A stretch of DNA of 64,000 bases from Azolla caroliniana (lineage: Eukaryota; Plantae; Polypodiophyta): positions 17,918,001 through 17,982,000 of the forward strand of contig JBHGNT010000008.1 in assembly GCA_043228905.1 (NCBI GenBank), given 5' to 3'. Every line of letters begins with the position of its first letter. The stretch's first letter is position 1. A model generated the notes under the pieces. The model worked only from the letters and a program-made list of their open reading frames with translations. It had not been told where the DNA came from and did no database searches. The translations under genes were made by a program, and so were the position numbers. This document shows positions 1 through 12,164 of this stretch, in pieces.

Positions 1-148
1 TTTGTTTATCCATAATCTGTGTCACATACCTCGACATGCAATTACAACTAGAGCATCTGCAGGTTTGCAGATATTATTGTCTCGATTACGGCCATATTGC
101 GATTGTAGTGTTTTTGGCATACACGTGTTACCATATGTACTTTGTTTG

Positions 149-180
<32 letters not shown>

Positions 181-368
181 CATACATAATGAATGATTTG
201 ACCATTTATAACGGAAGATTACGAAGTGATTATTGTGAGCACAATATATATATATTATTAAATCGAATTCATTCCAGCGGACAGATAGATAGCTACATAG
301 GTCGTCGATGGTATAAGGATGATGAGGTTTATTTGATATATTGTACGTTCATACTAGACTACAGGTAT

Positions 369-1100
369 TCAAGCTACGGTAGCCTTCTTCACGCTGGCGG
401 TGAGGGCATCCACTTCAGACTGGCCGATGCCGAACGTATTCTGAAGCACTGTGCCGGGCAGTGGAGGGTTAGCAGCAAAGAGGGCCACAGCAAGCTGAGA
501 CACCCCTGGATTCTGGCTGTTCAGGGCCGCGATGGCCAGCGCGCGATTCTTCTTGTCCAGGTTGATCTGGAAGTGGGCGAGGCCGCGGGGGAAGACGAAG
601 AGATCTCCGGGGTAGAGCGTGGCCTGGAAGAGGGTGTTGTTGGGGGCGGTGGAGACGAAACCGACGGTGAGCGTGCCCTGCACCAGATAGAGCACCTCCG
701 TAGCACGCGGGTGGACATGGGGTGGGTTTAGACCACCGTTGGGCGGGAAGTCGATGCGAGCGATGGATAGGCCCAGAGTGTTGAGGCCGGCGAAGTTGGC
801 TACAGACGCAAGGGTAACATTGGCCGCCTTACTGCCATTAGTATAATAGGAATCATAAGTGGATGGTGGTGATCGCAGCAGTGTGGATGTGAAGTCCTGG
901 GCTGTGACTTTGTCGGCTGGCTTGCAGGTGCGGCCATTGATGGTGATGGGTGCAGCTGTATTGGCATCGGCCACACAAAAATCTTGGAGCGGGTCCTCGT
1001 CCGCTGCACCCACAAGCTGGGCAGGAGGAGCCATTACACATAGAGCGACAACAAGGCTGAGGATTAGCAATGTGGAAGAGGAGGCCAGGAAAGAAGCCAT
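369..1100 (-). CDS. Germin-like protein (cupin), intronless, minus-type copy 1 (243 aa)
   Basis: Signal-peptide-like N-terminus, DPLQDFCVAD, second Cys in TCKP, germin box [13 protein letters not shown], and GDLFVFPRGLAHFQ. The Mn ligands H,H,E,H are intact. Uninterrupted ORF. Confidence 0.96.
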   Translation of the reverse strand: MASFLASSSTLLILSLVVALCVMAPPAQLVGAADEDPLQDFCVADANTAAPITINGRTCKPADKVTAQDFTSTLLRSPPSTYDSYYTNGSKAANVTLASVANFAGLNTLGLSIARIDFPPNGGLNPPHVHPRATEVLYLVQGTLTVGFVSTAPNNTLFQATLYPGDLFVFPRGLAHFQINLDKKNRALAIAALNSQNPGVSQLAVALFAANPPLPGTVLQNTFGIGQSEVDALTASVKKATVA

Positions 1101-1249
1101 GTCTAAGAAAAGAAATAGGAGTAGTGTTTTAACTTTGATTATGTGCTCTAGGCTATGCGATATGCGATTGCAGAGATTTAGAGAGAGGTTGGAAGAGTTA
1201 GTGTGATTAAAGAGAGAGTAGGTATATGTGTTGGTTGGATAGAGCTCCT

Positions 1250-1530
1250 GTCCTATATATTATATATAGACAGACAAGACACTCACTCTGTGTGTGTGTG
1301 TCGTGCCGTCTACGCTGTAGACCAACGGCCACGCGCTGTTGATTTTTGGGTAAAGGATGAGGATGTACCAAACGTCGCGAGATGATGAAGAAAAAGTAAA
1401 AGGGATGGCGAAGGAAAAAGTAAAAGCAAAATTGGGGAGGAAAAGGAAACGAATTGAGCGAGTTCTTTATCATGGAAGAAGGAAGACGACATCTTCTCTC
1501 TTTTTTCTTCATGACGTCATAGTGTGACTC
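1250..1530 (-). promoter_or_regulatory. Upstream region of GLP copy 1: TATA-like run, CGCG box, palindromic TGACGTCA
   Basis: TATATATTATATATAG at about 1253-1268, ACGCGC at 1331-1336, ATGACGTCAT at 1511-1520. Homologous to the upstream regions at 5.9, 32.7 and 60.0 kb. Confidence 0.5.
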
Positions 1531-2182
1531 TTGACTTTGATTCTAGATTAATACCGTAGAGTTTCTAGTATGTATGTATCCGAGAGAGAGGGGAGGGGGT
1601 CGCCACTATAAACACGTTGATACTACCCAAAATTCTATACGCTGTTGGTTTTGAAATCTTATTATCCCACCAAACACGTTCTATTGCATCAACGATCACA
1701 CCCCACATGTAAGACGAGAAACTCTCACCAATTATTTTCTTCCATGTGTAGTTGCAATTATGGATGTGTCCTTTATAATGATTTGGAGCACAACGTATAT
1801 TCTCATATGGCATTGGACTATACATCGATAAATTGTCATATGTGTATTATGAGTTGCAAGCTTATGATGGTAGCTTGTTAAACGACACATGATTGATTGA
1901 TTCACACTCAATTAATAACCATTCACCTCTACCCATGTGCTCGTTGTCACAGATAATTATAATCCTTTTGCGAAGAATGGAGTTGCTTCAAGATACATAT
2001 ATTGAATGACTTAAGTCGTTTCGCCCCAACCATTGTCGAATTGTTCGGCTCTTTATATTTAAGTTTAGAGATTCTTGCAACTCGTTTACATAAATCAATT
2101 TATGTGAAAAGAGTCTAGATCAAAACATCTCAAGTTGGACGTGCTTGAATGCTTAGCGACCTAGTAATTATCATCTGTCTCT

Positions 2183-3533
2183 CTTTGACACAATCCCTAG
2201 AGAGCGGTTGTTTGATAGACTTAAAAGCTTGAGGATACCAGATGATATGGTATGGGCCATCTACGCACTATATGAACACTTTTTCAACTTGTAGTCACTT
2301 TTTAGTAGAGGCACTTTTTCAACTTGTAGTCTTCATTCACAGGATACATAGCCAACCACATGATAGAATATCTCATCAAGCCTTTAAGGCCTCTCGATCA
2401 TTGTACGAGTCCGGCTATACTAGTTCATGGTATGGCATGATGGTGAGTTGGCTTCTTGCGAATGGTCTAGACATTAATAACCTACCTCCCCTTAGGTACA
2501 ACCACACGAGTGATAACACTTTAATCTCTCATGAGGACCGCAATAAAGTAATACGCCAAGAAATATGGCAAATTTACACTCGGTGTAAATGGATCACCCC
2601 ACTAGAGCCACTCCCATCTAAAATGCCGTACTATAAGAAACACTTCATGCACTTCTCTGAGTTAGGTTTTATCACGCGGCCAAAATATCTAGATGTATTC
2701 TTACCACATGCACTAAGGGTTGCCATTGGACAACTTAGAATATCATCTCACCAACTTGAGATTGAGAATGGCCGTACTAGTGGAGTCCCTAGGGAGGAAA
2801 GGATATGTAGGTTATGTCACATAAAGATAGAGGATGAGTACCACTTTACATGCAAGTGTCCAACCTATGCCGAGATAAGGGCAAAATACCAAGACATACT
2901 TGGTTCATCTGCCACCCTCCCCAAATTATTAGATACTCTAGATATAACGAAATTAGGCAAATACATTCTAGAGCTAAAACAACACAGAGAGAATAAGTTA
3001 CAAAATGTTGACAATAATGTTGCTAATGATCACGAACATGTAACAAATGAAGTTTTTCAGGAACAGGGGGAGACAACGAATGTCGACACACTTGCACCAC
3101 TCAGCCTTTCCATTGATGAGGCAGAAAACCAGAGAAGAACCAGACGTCCTCGGGTGCTGGGTTTCAAAGCAACTCGACGTGATGTGGAAGCAATATTGAA
3201 AATAAGGGAACGTGAGCTACACCGCCTAGAAGCCATGGCTAGGGCACTCTCTACATTGGAACCACGGGTCACACCCACATCAAGACCCTTTGACCCCCCA
3301 CTTCTTTTCGAGAGGCTTGGGTGGAAATAAAATTAGGCTTAGTGTATAGTCACTTTCGAGTATACTACGTATTGTACACTACTAGAACTCTTTTAATTTA
3401 AGTTCTATTTTTTACTTAATTTTATTTTAGTTATGATGAATGGATAAATACTCTTTTGTTGTAAACCAATTGTCTCATGGGCCAAATTTGGCCTTAGAAG
3501 ACGTTAATATATCTTTCTTTCTTTCTTTCTTTC
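2183..3533 (+). mobile_element. 5'-truncated, internally deleted RTEX-like LINE (ORF2 C-terminus 2242-3330)
   Basis: Begins with an FDTIPRERLF RT-like segment. The ORF has LRISSHQLEIENGR...RICRLCH..EDEYHFTCKC, matching the LINE C-termini at 10-11 kb and 20-21 kb. Ends in GGGCCAAATTTGGCC..GAAGACGTTAAT plus a (TCTT)n tail. Confidence 0.85.
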
Positions 3534-5809
3534 TTCCACATGCATGGTAGTACTACAAATCAAACAAAGGATATGCATTCACCGCGACATATGTGATGTT
3601 CCCATTTGGAACTAAATGTTATTATAATGACAACAAACGAATGGTACCATATTTCACATCGAGCAACAAATGATGTAATAACTACTACTCTGTCACATTG
3701 GATTGTTAACAAATTACCACTCACCTCTTGTCTTATACCTAAGTTGTCTCATTAGATTGTTAACAGTATCGGCTTGAATGGATACAAGGGCAACATCAAC
3801 CCTTATTTCCTTCGAAACATGAATGTTACAATTCCCTCATCTCCACAAGTATAATGATACCTATGAGGTTTTTTAAAGGCACAACAATACACTGCATCGT
3901 GTCTTTCTTTTCGCCCATGTATTATGGCCAAATTTCTAGAAAGAATCATGTTTCTTAGGACAATAACAGAGCTACATGTGTAAATGCATGATAGAACCTA
4001 GTAAGACGCATATTTACATCCTAAACAACCATGATCTTGACAAGAAAATCCTAGTAGGAGGGTTTAGTTATTTCTCAAGTGATTAATGGCATCGATGTTG
4101 AAGAACCATAGAATTTGATTTTTCTCCCTTTTGTTTGTGCTATCCTCTCTCACTTTAGTAACAAAAACTTGAATGAAATTGTTTCCTTCATCTTCATAAT
4201 AATGTCAATAAGGAGTTTGTACTAGGTTGCCATAGGGTGGACTCTCTTTCTTTTTCATTCTTCGACATACTACTTTCTATAATTCCATTCAAAGTGGTCT
4301 GGTTTGTTGTAATACATTCAAGTAATTGTGGATATGATGATAGCACTTAATCTACTCGGTTTGCGTTTACGTTGAAATTTCTAAAATATTTGTTTGGAAA
4401 AGTTTCTTAGATGCTTCCTCATTGATACCACTATGGCCATGTGGTTGACTTAATGCTACTCGTTTGTCCTTTTCCTTGGGATTTTCTTTTGGTTCAGCTT
4501 TGATCTCTTTTTCTTTTGCGTGAATGCTAACCAAGTTCTCATCAAGATCTCACACTAGGAGATTTCATCTACATTCTTGCTTGTTCTAGTAGTTGCATCT
4601 AGTTGTTTCTACCAATTGCTAATAGATGCATCAATTTGTTCTCCGTCATGAATTTTCACGTTCATAAGAGTTCTTTAGGAGAATATGTTGGTTGTTCCAT
4701 TAGAGGGTCAATGGAATTTTTGTGGATTCCCTCACATTGCTTGAATGATCTCCTAAGCTTACAAACATGGTCAACATCGACTTATAATTGCCACGGTTGT
4801 GGGGGTAAACGATGTACTTTGTATAGTAAAGCAAGGTTCATGATGAGAAGATGAGGAGACTGAGATAGTAGGTATCATTATCTACAAGAGTGAACTAGTT
4901 TTCAAAGTTGAAGGAGATGAAGAGGAGGAAGCCCTAAACAAGTTTTTTTCTTGTGAAGAGAAAGAAGAGGGAGAATGTGATGAAGAATAACTTTTCAGAT
5001 CAATAAGGCTATAGTTCGTTAAAGAGTTGTACGAGATGGTTGTGCAGTAGGAGCTCTGGTTCATGTCGTTTGATTATTCTTCAAAGACGTCGGTTCTAGA
5101 GCATTGCGACTACTCAAAGCTCTGTAATCTTCTATATGAGGGCTTAATTCTCATCTTTTCCAGGATTCATCAAAAGAACTTTGTTGTTTCTTTGTGTTAG
5201 GTTTCAAAAATTGAGTATTAGATGTAGAACATCAACTTTAGGTTTGATCTAATATTGTGATGGTTTGTTTTTTCGAAAGTTTTTGTTGTTGCATTAGTTT
5301 CTTGTATGTCCTGGAGGAAGACTTGAGTTATAGTCAAACCTAGTCGTGGTTACATTTTGTATGCTGTCATCGTTCATTTGTTCTGAAGTTGGGTACATTT
5401 TTCTCATTGCATCTTCTTGTTAGATCTCGTTTATTAAGTTATTGAGATTTACATTTTGATTTGAAATTTGTAACTAAGTGAAGAACTTAGTCTAGGAATT
5501 CTGCAAAGAGCTTAGTAACAACAATTGGAGTTAATTATTAATGTTGAAGCTTGTTGTAAAGCAATCATCGAGTTTCTTCTTCCATCTGTTTATGAATTCA
5601 ATCATTCAGGCATCATTTTTCATTTTTCAAGTTTAATATAGTGTATTATCATAAGTTGATTTCCATTGGTTTTTGGTTTGAATTGATTTTATAGTTTAAT
5701 CCACATTTTCATGTGATGGTTCAAATTTCCGTATTGTGTCAGCTTGTTGATCTTTAAGGTGAGACATAATCTCCAATTGGGTTGCCAGGTCTTTCTCTTC
5801 CCATGCTTC

Positions 5810-6092
5810 AACGATGGCCAGCGATGGACAGGCTCAGGGAGGGGAGGGATGTCAGGGCTTCTGCATTAAACACAAGTATATATATATATATATATATCTA
5901 TATACACACAGTGAGAGAGACAGAGACTCTGTCTGGATCAACGTGTTTGTAGTGGATGGCATGGATGAGGCAACGCGTTATTGAATTGAAAGTGGATTGG
6001 CGAGGGAGGGACGGAGAGATCGTAACTCTGCAGAAAGAAAGGAAGGAAGAAAAAGTAAAAGCCTTCATTTAATTGATTGGCAAGGAAGACGA

Positions 6093-6127
<35 letters not shown>

Positions 6128-6360
6128 TTCTTCATCACGTCACGTCGTGGCTCTTGATCACAATGAATGCGTCAAGATTTATATCCAAACTCAAGAAACT
6201 TGATACTGGTTTTGAAATCTTGCTTATTATTGTCACCGCGTCTGACTACGACCAACAAAAGCTATGTGTGTGGTCCGATACTTTGGATTAACACAAGCTA
6301 TACATATTCTCCCACAATGTCATCGAAATTGTCAAATGTGCATTCCAAGTTGTAAGATTA
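5810..6360 (-). pseudogene. GLP relic: tiny coding scraps plus orphan minus-type upstream region
   Basis: CGATGGCCAGCGATGGACAGGCTCAG joins two distant GLP coding snippets. About 5965-6150 aligns with 32720-32875 and with 1385-1530. Confidence 0.6.
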
Positions 6361-8399
6361 TATATAGCCTATGAACAAGAGAGAACTTCCTTGAATGCAT
6401 GACTTTGTGATGACCAACAAAACACTAGACATTTTGTATGGCTCCACCTAAATTATCTTATCAAAATGGTCGCATCATCAAAGTGGCCACACGGTGACTT
6501 AATACTCAATCAAATGTAGATGGAATAAATATGAAGTTAATATAACACATTTATTTTATGTATAGAATAAATTTAGCAAAAACAAAATCAATTACCCATG
6601 TTTTTTCTTTTAAACCCATGAAATTTTACAAATAACTTGTGAGGCATGTGCTTGCTCTTGTATTATTCCCTAGCAAACTCCCCTTCTCGTATGTGTCCAA
6701 GGCCTTTCAATAGCTTATGAAGAAGGGGAGGGCAGGAGGGTGCGCACGTATGCCTCTTTAGATGCTCATGCTCTTTTCCTTTTCTTTATATAAAATGTCA
6801 ATGCTCTTTCTAGAATTAGTGGTTCACACCCTCGTTTATGTATGTTAACTACCTTATAAGACTACCTTACGAGTATAAGTTATGAGGTTCAAACTTCACA
6901 CCCTATAAATATATATATATACATAAAATTTGTTTACAAATTAAATTTTACGTATGCAAAGATCCCATTTTTTGTGTCGTGCACCACTGGCAACATGACA
7001 ACAAGACCTAAAATCCTCTACAATTCAAACAAACACGTGATAGACAACGAGGCCTAATGCATACAAGTAATGACAAACAAGCATTTGATATGCCTTAGAA
7101 CAATGTTGATGTTGATGAATATTGGCAACATATTAAAGGTAAGCCAAAGGAGAAATGGGTGGATATGCAACATATATGGTTTTGCCTGCTACTTGTTATA
7201 CTACTTCGCAATGTAGTTCATGAACAAGGGAGTGGTATTAGAAAGCTCCTTGGCAATGGGGATAAGCCTTTCAATTTCAATTTGATTCACTTGGTCATGT
7301 TGTAATTACTTCAAATCCTTGAGGTTTTTGTCAGGCAACTAGCAAAGGACCTAGATAAAAGGTTCCCATAGGTAGCCCTCCGCAACTTTGGAACAATTCT
7401 TTACTCTTTTTCTAGCATCAATTACTCTAAAAGAGAAAGGGTACCAATGAGATCATAGATTAATTAATGGAAGTGGTAACATGGAATATGAAGGGGCAAA
7501 TGTACATTCTATCTATCAAGTTTTAGTTCACATGTGAACTTTGTTTTGGAAAAGATTTTATGAAAGAGGGGGGTTGGGGACAGTGAATTGCATTGTGAAG
7601 TCACCAACAAGCTCCTAGGCTTCACATGAAACCCTTTCTAGGCACGACCATTGAGAAGCAAAAACATTTGTTTTGTTATGGAACCTATGGAAACATACTT
7701 TCTTCTAGGACAAGTGGGTCATTCCTCGTCCACAATAGCCCACCACAAATGAAATTCTTGGTGAGGCTCTCTAAGAGAGAATGCATTGGGGTAATGTAAC
7801 TTACATCAACACTCCATTTAGGGTTCACACTATTTATTTATGTATTTTTCTTTTCCCTTTGTGCCCAATCCTATACAACCCTAACCTATTACACACTCTA
7901 ACAATAATGGAGGCGGAGCTTTATGCTCCCAATATATCCACAAAACTAACTTAGTAAGCAATGTATTAACCTTCCTCATCTCACGTTAAGTGAAGCATTC
8001 AAAACATATTCAAATTTTTTTAATTAAACGTATAAACATTTCAATCTCAAACTCTAAATTTTATTCAAAAAATTCTATATCAAATTATATGCGTGACTAT
8101 TCCAAATCTAGGTTGCTTAAGTCATTTTGTAAAAAATGCAAAAGAAATGGGTACAAAATGAATAACGCTACAAGAATTTTAATAAGGAAGGGCAAATGCC
8201 ATACAAAACAGATCATGCAAGTATAATGCATGCCGTAATTATTGTGATCACCATAATAATGCACACAACATATCATAATGACCATAACTGCAATGAGAAC
8301 AATGGAGCCTCTTTCATTGGCTTTTGTTTCCCTTACTTCACTTGATCATCCGTCGACTTCCATGTGTATCTTCGAATCTAGGAGTTACATGTCACCTTG

Positions 8400-9700
8400 C
8401 ATCAAGGGTAGAATGGCTTAAAGATGATAAGACTTTAGAATATCGCTTTGGCCTAATATCTAGCAATAATAGCATTGAATACACCCTCTAACAACATGCA
8501 ACCTATCTTGAACTCTCCAATGGTAATATCATTGAAGTCAAAGAAGCTCATTAATCTAAAGAAAAACTTAATATTTCTAAATAAACTCACAAATGATACT
8601 ACATCAATAAAACTCTATCACAACTATTTCATCATTTTCCATAAAACACCCTTTGGTCAAGGTTATGTAGTTAATTGTCCAAGACAAGGATGTCTTTGCT
8701 TATTAGGTCACTCTATGGCATTTGTTCAAGAAACATATCATATAAACACATCCAACTACGATACCCTATTATAGAATTATCAATTCGATGACTTGAACCA
8801 TTAGACAATGGTTCACATTGCCGAATGTAGCCATTGGTTTTACTGTACCACAAAAATCCAAACTATCCCTTTGTGAAGAGTATATTTTTTATAAGCTCTC
8901 TAACTCCCCCTTTCCTTCGCATCCTAAGATAACAGTCAAAGCGCTCCAACTCATACACATGAATATATATGGACCAATTATTTGATTAAAATTAATTAAG
9001 GGATAGATTTTGTTTGGTTGTATATTTCTTAACATTTACCAATGCCTTTACTGATTTCACAATGGCCACAGTCTTTCCTAAATACAAAATCTGTTAATCA
9101 AATCCTTAAAAAATTCAAGGTCTATATCATTAGTTGTGGCAACCCAACAACATTGACCTTTAAAGCACTTTAATAAGAATGGTGAAGAATCGAAATCCCA
9201 AAATTTCCAAAACTATTTTAAAATAATTAGATTCCACAAATATTTACAATCCTTACACTCTTCAACAAATTTCAAGCGTTGGAAGACAAAACTAGCCATT
9301 TATAAATTATGGACACCATCAACGATCATTGTGCGCTCCCCATTGCAAATCTTTCCTAAATATATTGTAATGAGGCTTTAATTGAATGCTTGTTATAATT
9401 CAATAGGAAATATAGTAGATACATTTTGGACAACTTCGTTGCATTTATAGTTTGGAGAAAGACTAGATTATGAAAACCTAACAAATATTTGGATGTTTAA
9501 CTAGTGCACAAGTACCCTAATATAACCAATATAAATTTGACAATCATGTGATTTGTCGCGTGTTTGTTTGCTTTTGGGGAATGTCATGGCTACAAGGGTT
9601 ATTGATTATATACCGCAAAAGCCAAATGATTTATATTCAGTGGGTGATTGATGTTTGATAAAGATAGCTTAATACCTATCACTCACACACACCTAGACTG
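8400..9700 (+). mobile_element. Highly degenerate L1-like RT remnant (tentative)
   Basis: RQGC-like motif in ORF 8475-8774 followed by a QF(A)DD-like remnant. Many stops; boundaries uncertain. Confidence 0.3.
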
Positions 9701-9844
9701 GAAATGATACAATCATAAACACCCTACCAAACCCATCAAAAACTAAATCCAACAAGTAATCAATACCATTAGCTAGTACTTCTTTAGAGTTTATATTCTT
9801 AAAGAAATGGAGAGTGTAGGTGATCTCGTGCAGTGGAAGGAAAC

Positions 9845-9867
9845 TGTGTGTGTGTGTGTGTGAAAGA

Positions 9868-9913
<46 letters not shown>
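9845..9913. repeat. (TG)n and (GA)n microsatellites abutting a LINE 3' tail
   Basis: Directly visible dinucleotide runs. Confidence 0.95.
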
Positions 9914-9916
<3 letters not shown>

Positions 9917-11516
9917 AGAATTAGAATTTTTATCGTCCATAAAGAGGCCAATTTTGACCTATGGGACCAGATTATACAGGTGTTCTTGATATGTGTCTCC
10001 TTCCTAAGAAGGGGTATTCATACATTGAAGCACAAAGTCTCTATGTGTGAATAAAGCATACACATATGAGCTCAACCTTCTCGGTGGTGTCTTAAGTATG
10101 GTACTAATTTATCACTCCCTCTTAGTATGTCAGCATATCTTGAACGAATTGCACTATATGTCGAGCATGTGAAGAGGAAGTGACATTCATCCTCTACCAT
10201 GCCTTCGTTGTATACTTTGCATGTCTTCAAATTAGTTACATTTTGATACCATGATGCAACTTCAATACCTAACTTGTGAGATCGAGTGTGAAGTAGTGTA
10301 AGGGCTCTACGAGCATTACTACTCATATTGGTACTGAGATAAGGTTGGATACGATCAATAGGAATTCTTGCTTTATATTGAGACCAACATTGAGGGTTGA
10401 CATTTGCAATGTAGTATTCTAGCTTTGTCCTCTTATCATCTTCCCATTTAATCCTTAATGATTCCACCAACCTTTCCTTAATCATTACATACTGCATAAC
10501 ATTGCCTGAATGCTCTAAAAGATCATCCAAACCACATCTTCTAAACCATTTCCTTATGTCAACAACCCAACCAGATGAGAGAATCTTACTTTTATGATTC
10601 TTTTGTAGCTTACATCCAACATTCCAAGCAAGATGTGGTAATTGACGATTTGGCATATTCTTGACTTTTGCAATGTATTTATATAATTTTTGGAGTGTCA
10701 ATAGTTCTATGGGTCGAATACCTGTTTCCAAGAGCATAACATGGTAAGAGGTAGTGCATTTAACTCCTAATTGCCTCCTTAAAAACATTTTTTGAATTTT
10801 CTCAATCTCATTCCATGCATTAAGAGAGATGGTGCCACCCCATACTTCTACTGCATAAAGCAATACTTGAGTTACCATGGCATTGAACAACATTAGTTTT
10901 ACTTCCCATCCACAAGTATCACTTTGGTTAGCACTAGTTCTCCAAAAGGTAATACAATTTCCAACCGGCTTGGAGCTTAGAATCAAACCATGCACTCCAT
11001 TTATTTTTGGCAGGTACATCAATACCAAGATATTTAAAGCTTTGAACAAATTGTATATGTTCACCTCTATATGTGAGCATAGGGTAATGATGAGGTTGGA
11101 TGATTTGCACTACCATCATTTTTGTTTTCTCCACATTCATTGCTAGTCCACTACTATGGCAAAATTCTTCTAATACCTCAAGTAAATTTTGCACACTATC
11201 AACATCATATGAGAAGAGTACCACATCATCAGCATATAGAAGCAATAAGATAACATGTTGCATCAATTTGGGATCATTCAATCCTTCTTCTCTTGCAACC
11301 TTATTTACCACTTCTTCTAATTTAACAATACATAAGCCAAAAAGTGTGGGTGATAATGATGCTTGACCCCCATGTTACTTAAAAAGTGCTTTGAGAATCC
11401 ACTATCCATTTTTAGTTGGCATTTTAATTGTTCATATAGGCGTGAAACAACAACTCGGTACTCTAATGGCATGTCAATCTCTACTATTCTATTCCAGAGT
11501 TCACTTCGTGGTACAG
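9911..11516 (-). mobile_element. RTEX-like LINE 3' part (RT with YADD and C-terminal Cys/His region), cut by a Gypsy LTR
   Basis: ORFs 10934-11311 (LLLYADDVVL, KTKMM, FKYLG) and 10072-11064 (LLYAVEVWG, RSHKLGIE, EDECHFLFTC). Short (AATTCT)n tail. Sequence breaks at the RT TVPR motif next to the LTR at 11517. Confidence 0.9.
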
Positions 11517-12164
11517 TGTCGTGTTATTCTGCACCCGCAGGAGAAATCAAGGCGGGACCGCGGGGGCCCTGAACCGGGGAATAACTGAATAGAGGGAGGA
11601 GTGACACGAAACCACGGCCAAGCCGCGCACACAAATACACAGAGAACTCACAACAAAGATCGAACAATGAATAAGGCAAATATATATATATGATCAAGAT
11701 TACACCCGGCTAGCCGGTAAGCGTCAACGCGCTGACACCAACTCACACAACACACGCGGTCAACGCGAGATGGAGCCTCTGCAGGAAGCACTCGGGCTTT
11801 CCACAAAGCAGAGGCAGCCTCCCTAACCCAACAGAGAACGATGAAAGACAGAGGAGAAGGGCTCGGTCCCATTCCGATAGCACTTTGTCCTCGACAACGC
11901 GATCCCCTCTCAACCCTTTTTCCTCTCCTTTTATAGCCCAAGGAGAGAGGGACGTTATAGTCTGTTACATCACTTTTATTCTTCATCCTTTTGGACAGAG
12001 ATACTCCTCGATTCCCTACGTAATGAATACGTGCTACCCACGATATTCGCATCGCCGACATGTACCTAACTATGTACAATACATCAAAACATGTGCCCTC
12101 GTGTAAGGGCCGGTTCACGCACACTATTCACCGATTCCTCCTAGGGATGGTTTTCTCCACGACA
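11517..12164 (-). repeat. 3' LTR of Gypsy element A (648 bp)
   Basis: Termini TGTCGTG...CACGACA form a 7-bp inverted repeat. Polypurine tract (PPT) AGGTGGGGGAGGA is adjacent on the minus strand. Homologous to 27652-28017. Confidence 0.93.

Noticed and set aside
36-731. 231-aa plus-strand ORF and similar antisense or alternate-frame ORFs over each GLP (e.g. 31959-32438, 35520-35885, 59503-59862, 62810-63175)
   Set aside because: Shadow frames of GC3-rich GLP coding sequence, extended through microsatellites; no independent motifs.
3540-5800. Possible highly decayed retroelement on the minus strand
   Set aside because: Only vague compositional hints; no motif I could read with confidence.
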